Below, one piece after another: positions 1-12,700 of a DNA stretch of 64,000 nt. How positions within the stretch are numbered: position 1 is the first letter of the stretch; the number at the start of each line of letters is the position of its first letter. The translations under genes and the position numbers were made by a program. This stretch comes from Phoronis australis. Taxonomy: Eukaryota; Animalia; Phoronida. The stretch covers positions 955,912 to 1,019,911 of the forward strand of contig NMRA01000066.1 in assembly GCA_002633005.1 (NCBI GenBank), read 5' to 3'. The notes beneath the pieces are model-generated. The model was not told where the DNA came from and made no database searches. It was given only the letters and a program-made list of their open reading frames with translations.

Positions 1-707
1 CACCACAACACCATGGACCACATGGAGGTCACTGATATTGTCAACACGGAAATTCACCGCCAATAACCTGACTTATTAAGATTTGAAATTAGCGATTTTG
101 ATTTTAACTTAATGCAGAGATGAATGTTGACCTTTATTTGCAGATGCTAATGATGATCAGTTTGGAGGCAACATTCATTTCCAATCCTCGCACAGAAAGA
201 TTCATGGCATATTATGTATGGCCCATTTGAATCTATTTGAAACGTGCAATGTAGGCAGTACATCACAAAACCTTTTCAATCTCTTAATTAAAGACTATCA
301 GGGTTGCATTCATACTAATCCAATGAGCAGGCTCAAGAAAGTCCTGATAACAACAGATATCCTGTAATGACCAGAACACAATAGCAAAGTTGAGACAGCC
401 TAGTCTAACAGAAGATAAGTCATGAACAGATTCCACTAGCTTATTCACGGCTCCCTGCACCTAATCCTGAAAGCAGAGGTCTTGTAATGATTAAGGCAGC
501 AACACCCCCTTTGTGCACAACTTTTAGCTGCTATTTATAAAGAAGTTGACAATCTAAACTCTATTCTCTTCTAAAGTTGCCGAAATATCGGAGCACAAGT
601 TTTCTACTATTCAAATGATCCAATTAATTTTTTCGTCTAGCTTTTTATGGGGTTTTATCACAGATTCAACATGAGACAATGAATTTTGCCAAAATTTGTC
701 AACGTAC

Positions 708-3700
708 CTTCTCCCTCATCTGCAATGTCTTCCTCTTCTTCCCCTCCCACATCACGATCTTCATCGCCTTCAGTCGCCTCCTCTTTACTCTCTCCTACCG
801 TCAACTTCTCTGCCTCTTCCATCTCCTTTTCAATGTCTTCAAGTTTCAGGTCGGCCATATCTACAAGGAAAACTAGCATGCATATGTCATGTGTTTCTGT
901 CTATGTATTACAGTTTTATTATTAATAGCTAGTAGTGCCTAGTATTGTTTGTTTCACATAGCTTTAAATAAAGTTAGTATGTCACCTTGGCTTTAATCTG
1001 GAAGCAAATTCTAAGATCAAATTTTGAAGTATATAGACCGCATGACCACTGGTCAGTATTGGGCGTTTTTCGCAACTCTGGCCTCTCACCTTTACAAACG
1101 AACCTAGTTTAACACCCAGTATTGTTTCACTATGGGTCACTCGCAAACATCAAACAAAAAATCTGTTAACCAATGTTTTTCGAACAACTTAATTTCATCT
1201 GTCTAAACTAAGTGAACAACTTACCTGACAGACGTCATTGACAGAGAGGGTGTCAAAATAATAGCCTGTTTTACTATTTAATCAAATTTGCAGGCAGACG
1301 TTTTGGAGTGGTCAAACAAACAAAAAATAACATAAAATGAAAAAGGAAATAATCAATAAAACTTTATTGCTTCAAGCTACTATGAAACTTCTGTCAAAAA
1401 GCAAACTTCTGATTTACGCAACTTATGAAGTTGATCAGCGCTTCCCTTACTCAAACTAAAGGTTATTTCTGGGCTTCAAACACAAAAACTGACAGTTTGT
1501 TATGGTTCGAGACCAAGCTTAACACAATGGCTTCCACGGTTGTCATTTGATACGCAGAGTATGGACTTAAGCAACAACAAATGTCCAGTTCTTTACAAGC
1601 TGCTCATGTTAGGCAAGAGCGTTTTAGAGTAGACAGTGTCCAGTAGCATGAAACAGTCCCAAATAAGGACTCGCCTAAATTCCATAAATCTACTGTGTAT
1701 TTGCATCTTTCTTCACTCACAGATCTAATATTTTTCTATCATTTCATCTCTATTATGAGCTTCTCTTAAACTAATATTTTCTAAATAATATATCTTAAAA
1801 CTGAGTCCTGAATTCAGTGAACATGAATAGGGACGTTGTATGAAAAGATCCCTATTTATTTAGGATGACATTGAGAATTCAACGAACAGTTCAGTCTTTA
1901 TTTGTATCAAAGCCAAAATTTGACTTAGTAAAGAAACTACAACAGCATAAGAAACGACAATCGGCATTAATTTTCACAAGCCCACACATACACAGTAGAT
2001 TTAGGGAACTTAGTTGAGTCTCCACTTGGGGGCGTTTCATGCAACTGGGCACAGATGTCTAAACCAAGTTGGTTCTTTGATAACAAGGTGACCTTATTTC
2101 CACCATACCTTGTTCCAACTCTTTCTCTTGAACATCCACTGTGGGACCAGCACTGTCCTTGTAAAGTATCTAAACAGGACAAAATCAATTCGACACACTA
2201 TTAAGGAGATAATTGCCAGTGTTTGCAATTTTAGCAACCACTGTTCAGCTAAGGTAACTGACGATATTTATAAGCGAGAACCAAATTGATCAAATAATGT
2301 TTTTTAATTATCAAACCCAATGAAACAAATCTAATTTGATTTCTGATAGCCAAATTCTTGTGCTAAAAGTTTTAAAAGATACCAGATCATGTTTGTAGCT
2401 AATGGTACGAACAGACTTTCCTAGTTTTGTTTGAAATGTTTCATGCAAGTCTGTGGAAGTTACGGCAAAGGCTGTGAAAAAACAGATTCTTTACCAATGC
2501 CTGCACATCGTTTTAACGCACATGATAAGTGTCTTTGATCATTAAGGATTTCAAAAATACTACGTTGAAATTGCTATGTAAAAGACATTCAAAAATATGA
2601 TTCTTGGTTACAGACAATCGAAATTATTAATCAGTTTTCTGAACTTGGGACGTGACTGCTTCATATTGCCCAGCTACACCATTCTTTCAATTTCTGGGCA
2701 GAAATATCACAGTTTTTGATCTTTACTACTGAAATAAAATGTAAAATAGTTTCATAATTTACTACCTACTATCACTACAATACTCACTGCAGGCACTAAC
2801 ACCTTAAGGTCAGGTAAGTTTTCATAAAACATGCGTGTCTCCTCATCTTCAAACAAAGTGGTGTCACCCTCGTACTGTAAAATAAATACCCGCTGCGAAT
2901 CATTCGTTTTAGCAACAATTCAGGAAGGAGAGGACAACAATATCATTCTGTTTTCCTAGTTATGGCTGCATGAAATGAAGACAATGGTTACACAAAGCAA
3001 AACTTTCAGTTAAACAAATTTGAAGTGGATCAATATGACTAATCAAACCATTTGGGCCTAACTCCTGACACAGCAGAATCATTGACGACTTGATAAATTA
3101 ACCCACTTTTTTCACAATTCAATGTCTGACTAATAAACAACATTTAATTGGCATTGACTGCTGCATAATTCCTTTTCCAGGCCTATCCCAGATAAACAGT
3201 CCTGAACAGTAGATTGGTTCCTAATAATGAATTCTGGCTCACAAACCAATCGCATATCTTGAACCGCTGACTCGGCTAAACTAGCATACCCTGAAAGACT
3301 GAATCCAAGGTTAGCCATTGAAAGGCATGCGTTTTCCAATATAATTGTCAATTTATCAGTTGGACGCATTAAGCAAGCACTATGACCCCAATCAAAGCCG
3401 GAATTGACATTTCCTTTATTTCTTTAGAATTATGTCTGTTAATCACATAGAAACAGAAGCACCTACCTCGGCATTCCTCAAAGGGTTAAAAATATCAAAC
3501 CCTAAGCCATCCACATCGTTCTTTATATCTGCAATAGCAACAGAGATACCAAGAACATGAATATTGAGTCTTAAACAAATGTCTTTTAAGAATAAAGCAT
3601 TCAAAATACTGCTTCGAACTTTAATAATCAACAACAGTCCTACTTTTATTTTTTACAAAAATCGCAAGAGAAAGTTGGCATTTCTGAATTGACAAGTTTG

Positions 3701-6700
3701 CAGACTGGAAAGCAACAGCTGTGCAAGTAACTGATGAGCTTGTAAAATGCAACAAGGGTTTGTCACACTCAGATATTGCTCTGACTTGTTGATCGGTTTA
3801 TTCAAGCACATTAGACATATTTTCACAAACTGATCAAACCTAACTGCAAGGTATTTTGATAACGCTTTTGATGAGATATTCTGTACGGGGTCCCACGACA
3901 ACCATTTAACCATACATCAGAAATCACTAAAAAGCAAAAATCTTTTCAATAATAGTTCTATGGCTCCTTAATTCTGAGTGAAAATCACTAAGTTTGACAA
4001 AGAACTAAAACAAAATATATATAGTGTATTGCCGAAAAAAAGTTTCATTTTACCTTCTTTGGGCAGATCTGGCATGTCCTCGTCTAAAAGATCCTGAAAA
4101 ATATTTTAGGAATAATTTCAAGTGCAGAATGTGTGAATTCATATTACTGAAATGGAATCAGTGATTCCTTAATGACATGTTGGGACACAGTGTCACGTTG
4201 CTACTCAGTGGCAGTAAAGTCAGTTAAAACCAGCAACAAGCTTCCATATTAAGGGATAATAGATTCTGTGAAAACATTCAAATTTCAAGCAGTGTAACTG
4301 TCCAATTGTTCAGGTTAGGTTAGAGAGTTGAGTTAGTTACCCATGAAGTCTTCATTGTTAACAATTCTAGTCTTTATTCGTTTTAATGTGACATGCTTGG
4401 AGAATGAATGGCAGTGCGAACAAGTTCCTTATGTTAGCTTTTATACGACTGCATGTCTTAATAAAGGTGATGTAAAAAGTTGGGTGGTACTGTCTCTAGC
4501 AGTTTCTGGAAAGTTGTGCTTACTTTACAGCCGTGCACTATTTGTGGCCAGGTGTTATGGTTGAACCATATTTCAGCAACAATTGCAATACAAATATTCA
4601 GTACCAACTTTAAAAACAGCGCATACGTAAACAAAGCCATTGTACTAGTCGACGTTTCAGTTTATTACCACTCAACCATTCTGACTTTAAAGTTCGTACT
4701 CTTATTTTGGCAAAAAACAAATTCGTGAACAAATTTTCAGCTTTGCTAGACAACAGCAACTACTCACGCTAAAAGTCTGAGTGGATGTCAGTAGTTTCTG
4801 ATAGGTGGCGCTCAGTGTCTCGTATTGCTCCCTGCGTTCCGAGCCCAGCTCTCCCTTTGTGTGCAGTATTCGTCGGTTGTGTTTCTCAACAGAGCTCAGC
4901 TCTTTGTGGCTACGCAGCAGGTGCTTGGTGAGCGTGATGTAGTAATCCACGAGGAGGTTACGACAAGCCTTTTGACGCTCTGGGGGCAGGAACTGGAATG
5001 AAGACACATTAGAGAATAGCCAGATTAGGGTAAGTAATCGGCTGCAATCATCGGTAAATCCTTGCGTTAGCGCAAATCTGACAGTAACAGAAACCATGTG
5101 AACACAGCAAACAATGCAAATTAATCAGGGCAGAAGCAAGCCCTTGTTAGGCCTCAAAAAGCACAGTTGGTTCACGGGTCGGTTTCATCAACAGTGGCTT
5201 AAAGGTTTAGGAAAATATTTTGGTCCCGCGTTCCTACTTCAGAGTTACCAAATAAAGGTTTAGTCATTCATATAACTGGCATATGACGGACTGGAAATAA
5301 TCCCAACAAATGTTCTCAGTGAGCAGCAGTCATTTGTACGTCATCCTCAGATACTACGCAATTTTTGTTAGTGAGTTCAACTATTTTTAAGAAATGATCA
5401 TGGAGCATAAGACCAAAATTTCTGTCTTAAAACCTCAAGTCAAGAAACAGACCATTGGTCTCAGTTCTTTCGAAAATTGAGTGGGTAGTGCCGTATTTTT
5501 CATGAAAGCAAATCACTCGAGGGGAGCAAAAGCGATGCAGCTTACTGGTCCATATTACAAAGCATAACAAATGCACACAATTATGCACAAACGGATTTGT
5601 GTCTTCAGATTTTGATCAAAATTTACAGGTACCTCAACTCTTTTTCACTAAGTATATTTCAAGTAGGCAAGTATTTTTAGCAAAGGACACAGTCACATCT
5701 AACGTACAATTGACCTTGAAACTTTTTAAATGTAGCAGACAAGCTAATGTATCTTGCACGGAGCTGTGAAATTAAAGACTAGAGTTACTCACATCACTTC
5801 TGACAATCTCCATATTGTACTTCTCAGCAAGAAGCCTGCAATATTGAAAAACAAAATGTACCACTGACCACAACAGCGAAAAAGAAAAACATAACTGAGT
5901 TTTCAATTGATAACCAAAGAGCAGAACACGTCCAGAAATGTAAATTTTAGGATACATATTTCCAGGCTAAGGAAAGATCACAGTTCAACAAAACCAGTTT
6001 CCCAATTAACACTCACAAAGGATTAGCACTAACGACTATCACAAACATTATGACAGTATGCGATTTTCTATTCAAAATTTGTTGTTAATGTAATTTTATT
6101 TACCTGCACCTACGGGGCAGCAGACCAGCGTAATCATCGCCGCAGTGCTTGCAGAAACTCAGCACTATGGGTAAATTTGTGTGGTCTTCCTTGTCGCCAA
6201 CCATTAGTATGGACAGCTGATTGGCCAACACACCTAGCGCCTCCTTCTGGCGGAACAGCCCGGCGACTACGAGCTCCGCGAAGAAGCGGAGATCAACTCG
6301 CAGTTTGCTCAGATTACTGATCTATGGAAGACGCGACACTTTTATTCTGGGATTTGTTTTGAAATGGCTATAAACCCGTTTTAAATTATGAAAACCAACT
6401 GTCGATTTAGACCACTCTCGTTTCAGAACTTGATCTCAAATTGTTGCATCACACTGAAAATTATACCAAGGCAAAAAAATCTTCACTTATGGAACAGAAA
6501 CACTGAATTCAATCCCATAATTCCACACTCAAAACTCGCCAACCAATCATTTCAGTGGCCGCCATTTTACAAGGACAGACTAGTAAGCTCCCAAGCATAC
6601 TTGCGAAACAGTCATTTACTCACATGATTCTACGTGATTATTCTTATCTCACTAGAAAGTAAGCCTACGGAATGATCTTCAATTCATTATTTCTTGAGAT

Positions 6701-9700
6701 CAGGCACAAGTTAGCATGTCACGGCGTGTCATTCTATGCATCCAGCATTATCTCATGGTATAAAGAACTGTCAGCTTCTACTCCCAGTGAGGACAACATT
6801 AAGTGGCAAATGGTCTAAGCCAAGAGATCACCTCTAGGATGGAACGTGGGTTTATAGCCNCTCACGCTAAAAGTCTGAGTGGATGTCAGTAGTTTCTGAT
6901 AGGTGGCGCTCAGTGTCTCGTATTGCTCCCTGCGTTCCGAGCCCAGCTCTCCCTTTGTGTGCAGTATTCGTCGGTTGTGTTTCTCAACAGAGCTCAGCTC
7001 TTTGTGGCTGCGTAGCAGGTGCTTGGTGAGCGTGATGTAGTAATCCACGAGGAGGTTACGACAAGCCTTTTGACGCTCTGGGGGCAGGAACTGGAATGAA
7101 GACGGATACAATTTCATGTCAGTGCAAGATATGACTAATAGACCAGTCAATTACTGAGCAAGAAAGTAAGCTTGTAGTCCAAAGTTTGTGGCTATGGAGG
7201 AAAATAATCTTAACTCTGGTGGTAACAATAGCTAAGATGATCGAGGGAGCGTGCCCACCTTAGCATAGGCTCGCAAATCGTTGCTCTATCTCAAAGTTCT
7301 TCTCACATGCAGACAACATGAACTAGTTGAAAGCAACACACCAGAAGACACATTAGAGCATAGCCAGATTAGGGTAAGTAATCGGCTGCATCATCGGTAA
7401 ATCCTTGCATTAGCGCAAATCTGACAGTAACAGAAACCATGTGAACACAGCAAACAATGCAAATTAATCTGGGCATAAGCAACCCCTTGTTAGGCCCCAA
7501 AAAGCACAGTTGGTTCACGGGTCGGTTTCATGAACAGTGGCTTAAAGGTTTAGGTAAAAATTGTGGTCCTGCCTTCCCACTTCACAGTTACCAAATAAAG
7601 GTTTAGTCATTCATGTAACTGGCATATGACGGCCTGGAAATAATCCCAACAAATGTTCTCAGTGAGCAGCAGTCATTTGTACATCCTCATATACTATGCA
7701 ATTTTTGTTAGCGAGTTCAACTATTTTTAAGAAATGATCATGGAGCATAAGTAGACCAAAATTTCTGTCTCAAGTCAAGAAACAGACCACTGGTCTCAGT
7801 TCTTTCGAAAATTGAGTGGGTAGTGCCGTATTTTTTTAGTTTTTCATGAAAGCAAATCACTCGAGGGGAGCAAAAACGATGAAGTTTACTGGTCCATATT
7901 ACAAAGCATAAGAAATGCACACGTGCACACACACTTTGTATTTTGACAACGGATTTGTGTCTTCAGATTTTGATAAAAATTTACAGGTACCTCAACTCTT
8001 TTTCACTAAGTATATTTCAAGTAGTATTTTTAGCAAAGGAGACAGTAAAAAAAAATGAATTTTATTTTCAACAACATCCAAGTAACAACAAATGCACACC
8101 CTTTGTAAAAGTACAGTGCCCGATCTTCTCTCTGCTACAGACATTAAACTGGATCGAGCACATCGGAATCAGAGACGAGCAAAATTGATGTGCGATTTGC
8201 TTTTTACTCATCACCTGGTAAATGATGCCTACGTTCTATTATACACCTTTTCAAATGATGACAGCAGGCGGAACAGACCAGAACCAATGCTTTTTGGCCT
8301 TCAAGTATTTTCTCATCTAAGGTTTTAATACCCATCCAGCTGAAAAGTTATTCGTAAGGAGAACGATCACATCTGACGTACAATTGACCTTAAAACTTTT
8401 TAAATGTAGCAGACAAGCTAATGTATATATCTTGCTCAGAGCTTTGAAATTAAAGACTAGAATTACTCACATCACTTCTGACAATCTCTATGTTGTATTT
8501 CTCAGCAAGAAGCCTGCAATATTGAAGAACAAAATGTACTACTGACCACAACAGCGAAAAAGACAAACGTAACTGAGTTTTCAATTGATAACCAAAGACC
8601 AGAACATGTCCAGAAATGTAAATTTTAGGATACATATTTCCAGGCTAATGAAAGATCACAGTTCAACAAAATCCAGTTTCCCAATTAACACTCACAAAAG
8701 ATTAGCACTAACGACTATCACAAACATTATGACAGTGTGTGATTTTCTATTCGAAATTTGTTGTTAATGTAATGCTATTTACCTGCACCTACGGGGCAGC
8801 AGACCAGCGTAATCATCGCCGCAGTGCTTGCAGAAACTCAGCACTATGGGTAAATTTGTGTGGTCCTCCTTGTCGCCAACCATTAGTATGGACAGCTGAT
8901 TGGCCAACACACCTAGTGCTTCCTTCTGGCGGAACAGCCCGGCGACTACAAGCTCCGCGAAGAAGCGGAGATCAACTCGCAGTTTGCTCAGATTACTGAT
9001 CTATGGAAGACGCGACACTTTTATTCTGGGATTTGTTTTGAAATGGCTATAAACCCGTTTTAAATTATGAAAACCAACTGTGGATTTAGACCACTCTCGT
9101 TTCAGAAGTTGATCTCAAATTGTTGCTTCACACTGAAAATTATACCAAGGCAAAAAAATCTTCACTTATGGAACAGAAACACTGAATTCAATCCCATAAT
9201 TCCACACTCAAAACTCGCCAACCAATCATTTCAGTGGCCGCCATTTTACAAGGACAGACTAGTAATCTCCCAAGCATACTTGCGAAACAGTCATTTACTC
9301 ACATGATTCTACATGATTATTCTTATCTCACTAAAAAGTAAGTCTACGGAACGATCTTCAATTCATTATTTCTTGAGATCAGGCACAACAAGTTAGCATG
9401 TCACGGCGTGTCATTCTATGCATCCAGCATTATCTCATGGTATAAAGAACTGTCAGCTTCTACTCCCAGTGAGGACAACATTAAGTGGCAAATGGTCTAA
9501 GCCAAGAGATCACCTCTAGGATGGAACGTGGGTTTATAGCCGGTTTAAACATAGATATCAGCTCCTCGGAAATTTTTTGGCAAATTCCTCATTAAACTGG
9601 TTTGAATATGTTGGTGTTAGGAATGATAACAGACAAACTATCAAAGATTTATGAACATCATGTCATTACCATGATTTACTGTTTATGAGAAACAGGGCCG

Positions 9701-12700
9701 TCCCCGATTACACAGTAACACTGGAATCTCGTTGTATTTTCCCACAATGCCGTAAACAACCGTCAGGCACATTTGAAGCCTCGTCTTTTCCCGGTTGCAT
9801 TGCTCTATTCGTCATTCTAATGCCCATGAAGTACTACTGCTATGCTGTGGGCTGCAACTCCGACGTGGGAAAGTTTGATAAACTGGACAAATACCCGCGG
9901 ATGCCGCATGTGAAATTCTTCACCTTCCGACATCAAGGAGATACACGAAAATGTGCCTGATTTCCAAAACGAGGTCACGCTCTTTCTTACCTCCCAGATA
10001 AGGAAAGTTCTTTCGCCGTGTAATGTGGGATGGCCCTATTGTGCTACATAGTGTAAAATTATACCAAATGCACGACTAAAACTACAACTGACAAACTTCA
10101 TGGTTTAAACAAAACCGCATGCCACAATCGTGGCTGACATTACTGTCAATCATCAATTTTAGTACCTTCTCATCCTTCTTAGAGGGCAGTGCTTTAAGCC
10201 AGTGCTCCATCAGTGCAGGGGCGAACTCGGCATACCTCTGATGCAGCAGAGAGCATATGTGGACGGCGCACGCAATGTCAGACATCTTCAGTTTGGCTTC
10301 GACGACGGCCGACGCCTGAAAGAAAAAGAACAACGTAAGAGCCACAATAATCACTAGATGGTGTTAATACAGCATAACTCCCACTACTGTTGAAAGCAGA
10401 AAGCTGTTTACTAGCTTAGGGTCCAGTTGGGATAAGGTACAAACATCATCCCTTGATTGTAATATATGGAACGACTCACATATGTTGACGATATTGGAAT
10501 CTTTAATGATTACTTGCGAAAAATCTGAGAGTGTAGAACGGGCAGCTAATTGGGCTGTGCTGCACTCTGGCTCAGTTTGCTGTGTATGCTGTATAATTGT
10601 GTTGCAGCATTGCTATTGGCTTACATCTAAATGGGTCACAAACCTTCGCCATACATTCTTGTAATCGTATGTCATTTTGGTTCTGCCTAAGGATGATGCA
10701 AAAATAGTCTCAAAATGCAGTTGTCGTTTTAATCATTAGTTTTCCCGATCACTCGGCCCTCTGCTTTATTGTTGTGCTACAAACGACTGTCAAAGTTGTC
10801 AAGATCTTGACGGAATATTGTAAAGTGTTATTAATAAATGAACATTGCTGTGTGTTCAAAACATTGCCTACAGCAGAGACTGCTAACAAACTATTCAAAT
10901 TTTATACATTTTGCTATCTGGGGAATTTCAGCTTCTCATTGTGAAAAACCACCATTCCAAGAATTCAACATGACCATTTGATAGAATGTATTTACGTGTT
11001 TCAAGTATTGTTTCATTAGCCCAATGCCATCAAGAGATTTTTGCACTCTTCACAGCTCTTATTTTGGAATTGCCAAAACTAGACTTTACTATAATGCCCA
11101 GTGTCTTTACATGAAAATCAGTCGACTAAATCACGATCAATGGAAAGCCACCTCATTTTCTTATTAAGACGATTTTGCAATTTTGCCATCAAATAATGCA
11201 ACACATTCACGTCAAGTGGTTTTGCTTTTCAATTCCACATACTTAAACACACTAACACCATCAAAATAAAGTGAAATAATGTGTAACCTTGTCACCTCAG
11301 TTCATGACTAAGTGAATCAGTCTTTCGTTTATGTCAATATAAATAGCCACAACACGCTTTGACGAAGAACTAATCGAAAGCAAGCAAAAAGGAGCAAGTG
11401 TGAGACATGTAATTAATATGTAATGCCTTGAATTCCTGTACTAACAACCTAATACTGCTTTTACTTTGGCCATGTGATAACAATAGCAAGTCCTAGATGT
11501 ATTTTCAACAGAACCAAAACATAATTTTAGAGTTTCCTAATTATATCTAGCAGACTTACCACTTCGCCAATGTACTTTGTTAAGTTTAGAGCATTGAAGT
11601 CTTTAGTCAAAGCATCCCGTTGAGATTCGCACAGGTTTTTCTGGAAAGAATATAACATAGCGCAGGCCTGTAAATAGGATTAAAGCTGAATTTTGCCCTC
11701 TCTTGCTGGTTAAAAAAAATTCAAATAAAATCAGTTTATGCTTTTTACTCTCATAAAGACGGTTATGTATAATAGTAATCATAACGATGATAGAATTCTC
11801 CAACAAAAGAATAAAAACCGTCAGCAAACTAAGAAAATGCATTGCCTGTGACTTGAGTTACTAGCCCACTTAGTCCTGATTCAAGATCGGATGAGCCTCT
11901 TATTGCTGTGAAATTGCTCTCAACATGTCCGTAACTTAAATTGAACTGCACTTCGCTATTTTCTGAGATCAGACTCAACAGGTTGGCCTCTCGTGGTGAC
12001 AACAGCTACTTCTCTGAGTCTGTTATAACTCCATAAACAACTTCTCAGATGAACAAGGAAGAGGCGAAGATCAATTTTAAGAGTTTCAAATGAAAAGCGA
12101 GCTGGGTCTTATATCAGTGTCGTACCATCCTGTCAAAACATAATATAAAACACTGCATCACTCACCAACTTTTTCACAAAGGCCGTGTTCTTTTTAAGGC
12201 TGGAGTCAAGCTTGACAAAAAACGAGTCATCTGGTCTGTTTGCTAAAACGTACAAAAACACAACTCAATATTCCAACAAGGGGCCAAACAGAAGAAATTT
12301 ACCAAAGACTTCAACTGACACTTGACACCAAGACAGAAAGGATTTAAATCCTGCAGTTATTGAATGATTACATTTTCCACACATTCTAAAATATACACCT
12401 AAATCTTACCTCCAGCGGCCAAGTTTGTCTCCCGGAGAGTTTTCCTGCTGTGAACTCGTTCTCTGCTCTCATTGGCAAAATCAGCGATGAAGTTCTGCAG
12501 TATAAAGGCACATCAACAGGATGCGTACTGAACAGTATGCAAAACACAAGCAGGAAGACATGCACACAAGGTTAAAGTGACATTGTTGTTGGAAAAAGTA
12601 ATTTTACAGAAATTTGCAGGTGTGCAATGATCAAACTACCTCCGAAATAATCAAACACTCTACCACTAAGCCAAATTCCACGAGTTAACTTGCAGAGTAT

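Noticed and set aside
3130-3425. About 97 open codons on minus in a UPF2 intron
   Set aside because: No recognisable homology, no phase-compatible splice sites, and the flanking exons already join in frame.
10440-10840. Penelope-like element end with a degenerate ribozyme
   Set aside because: Only a vague resemblance (cctaaggatgat..tcaaaatg); core nucleotides are missing and there is no second copy or RT/GIY-YIG fragment.
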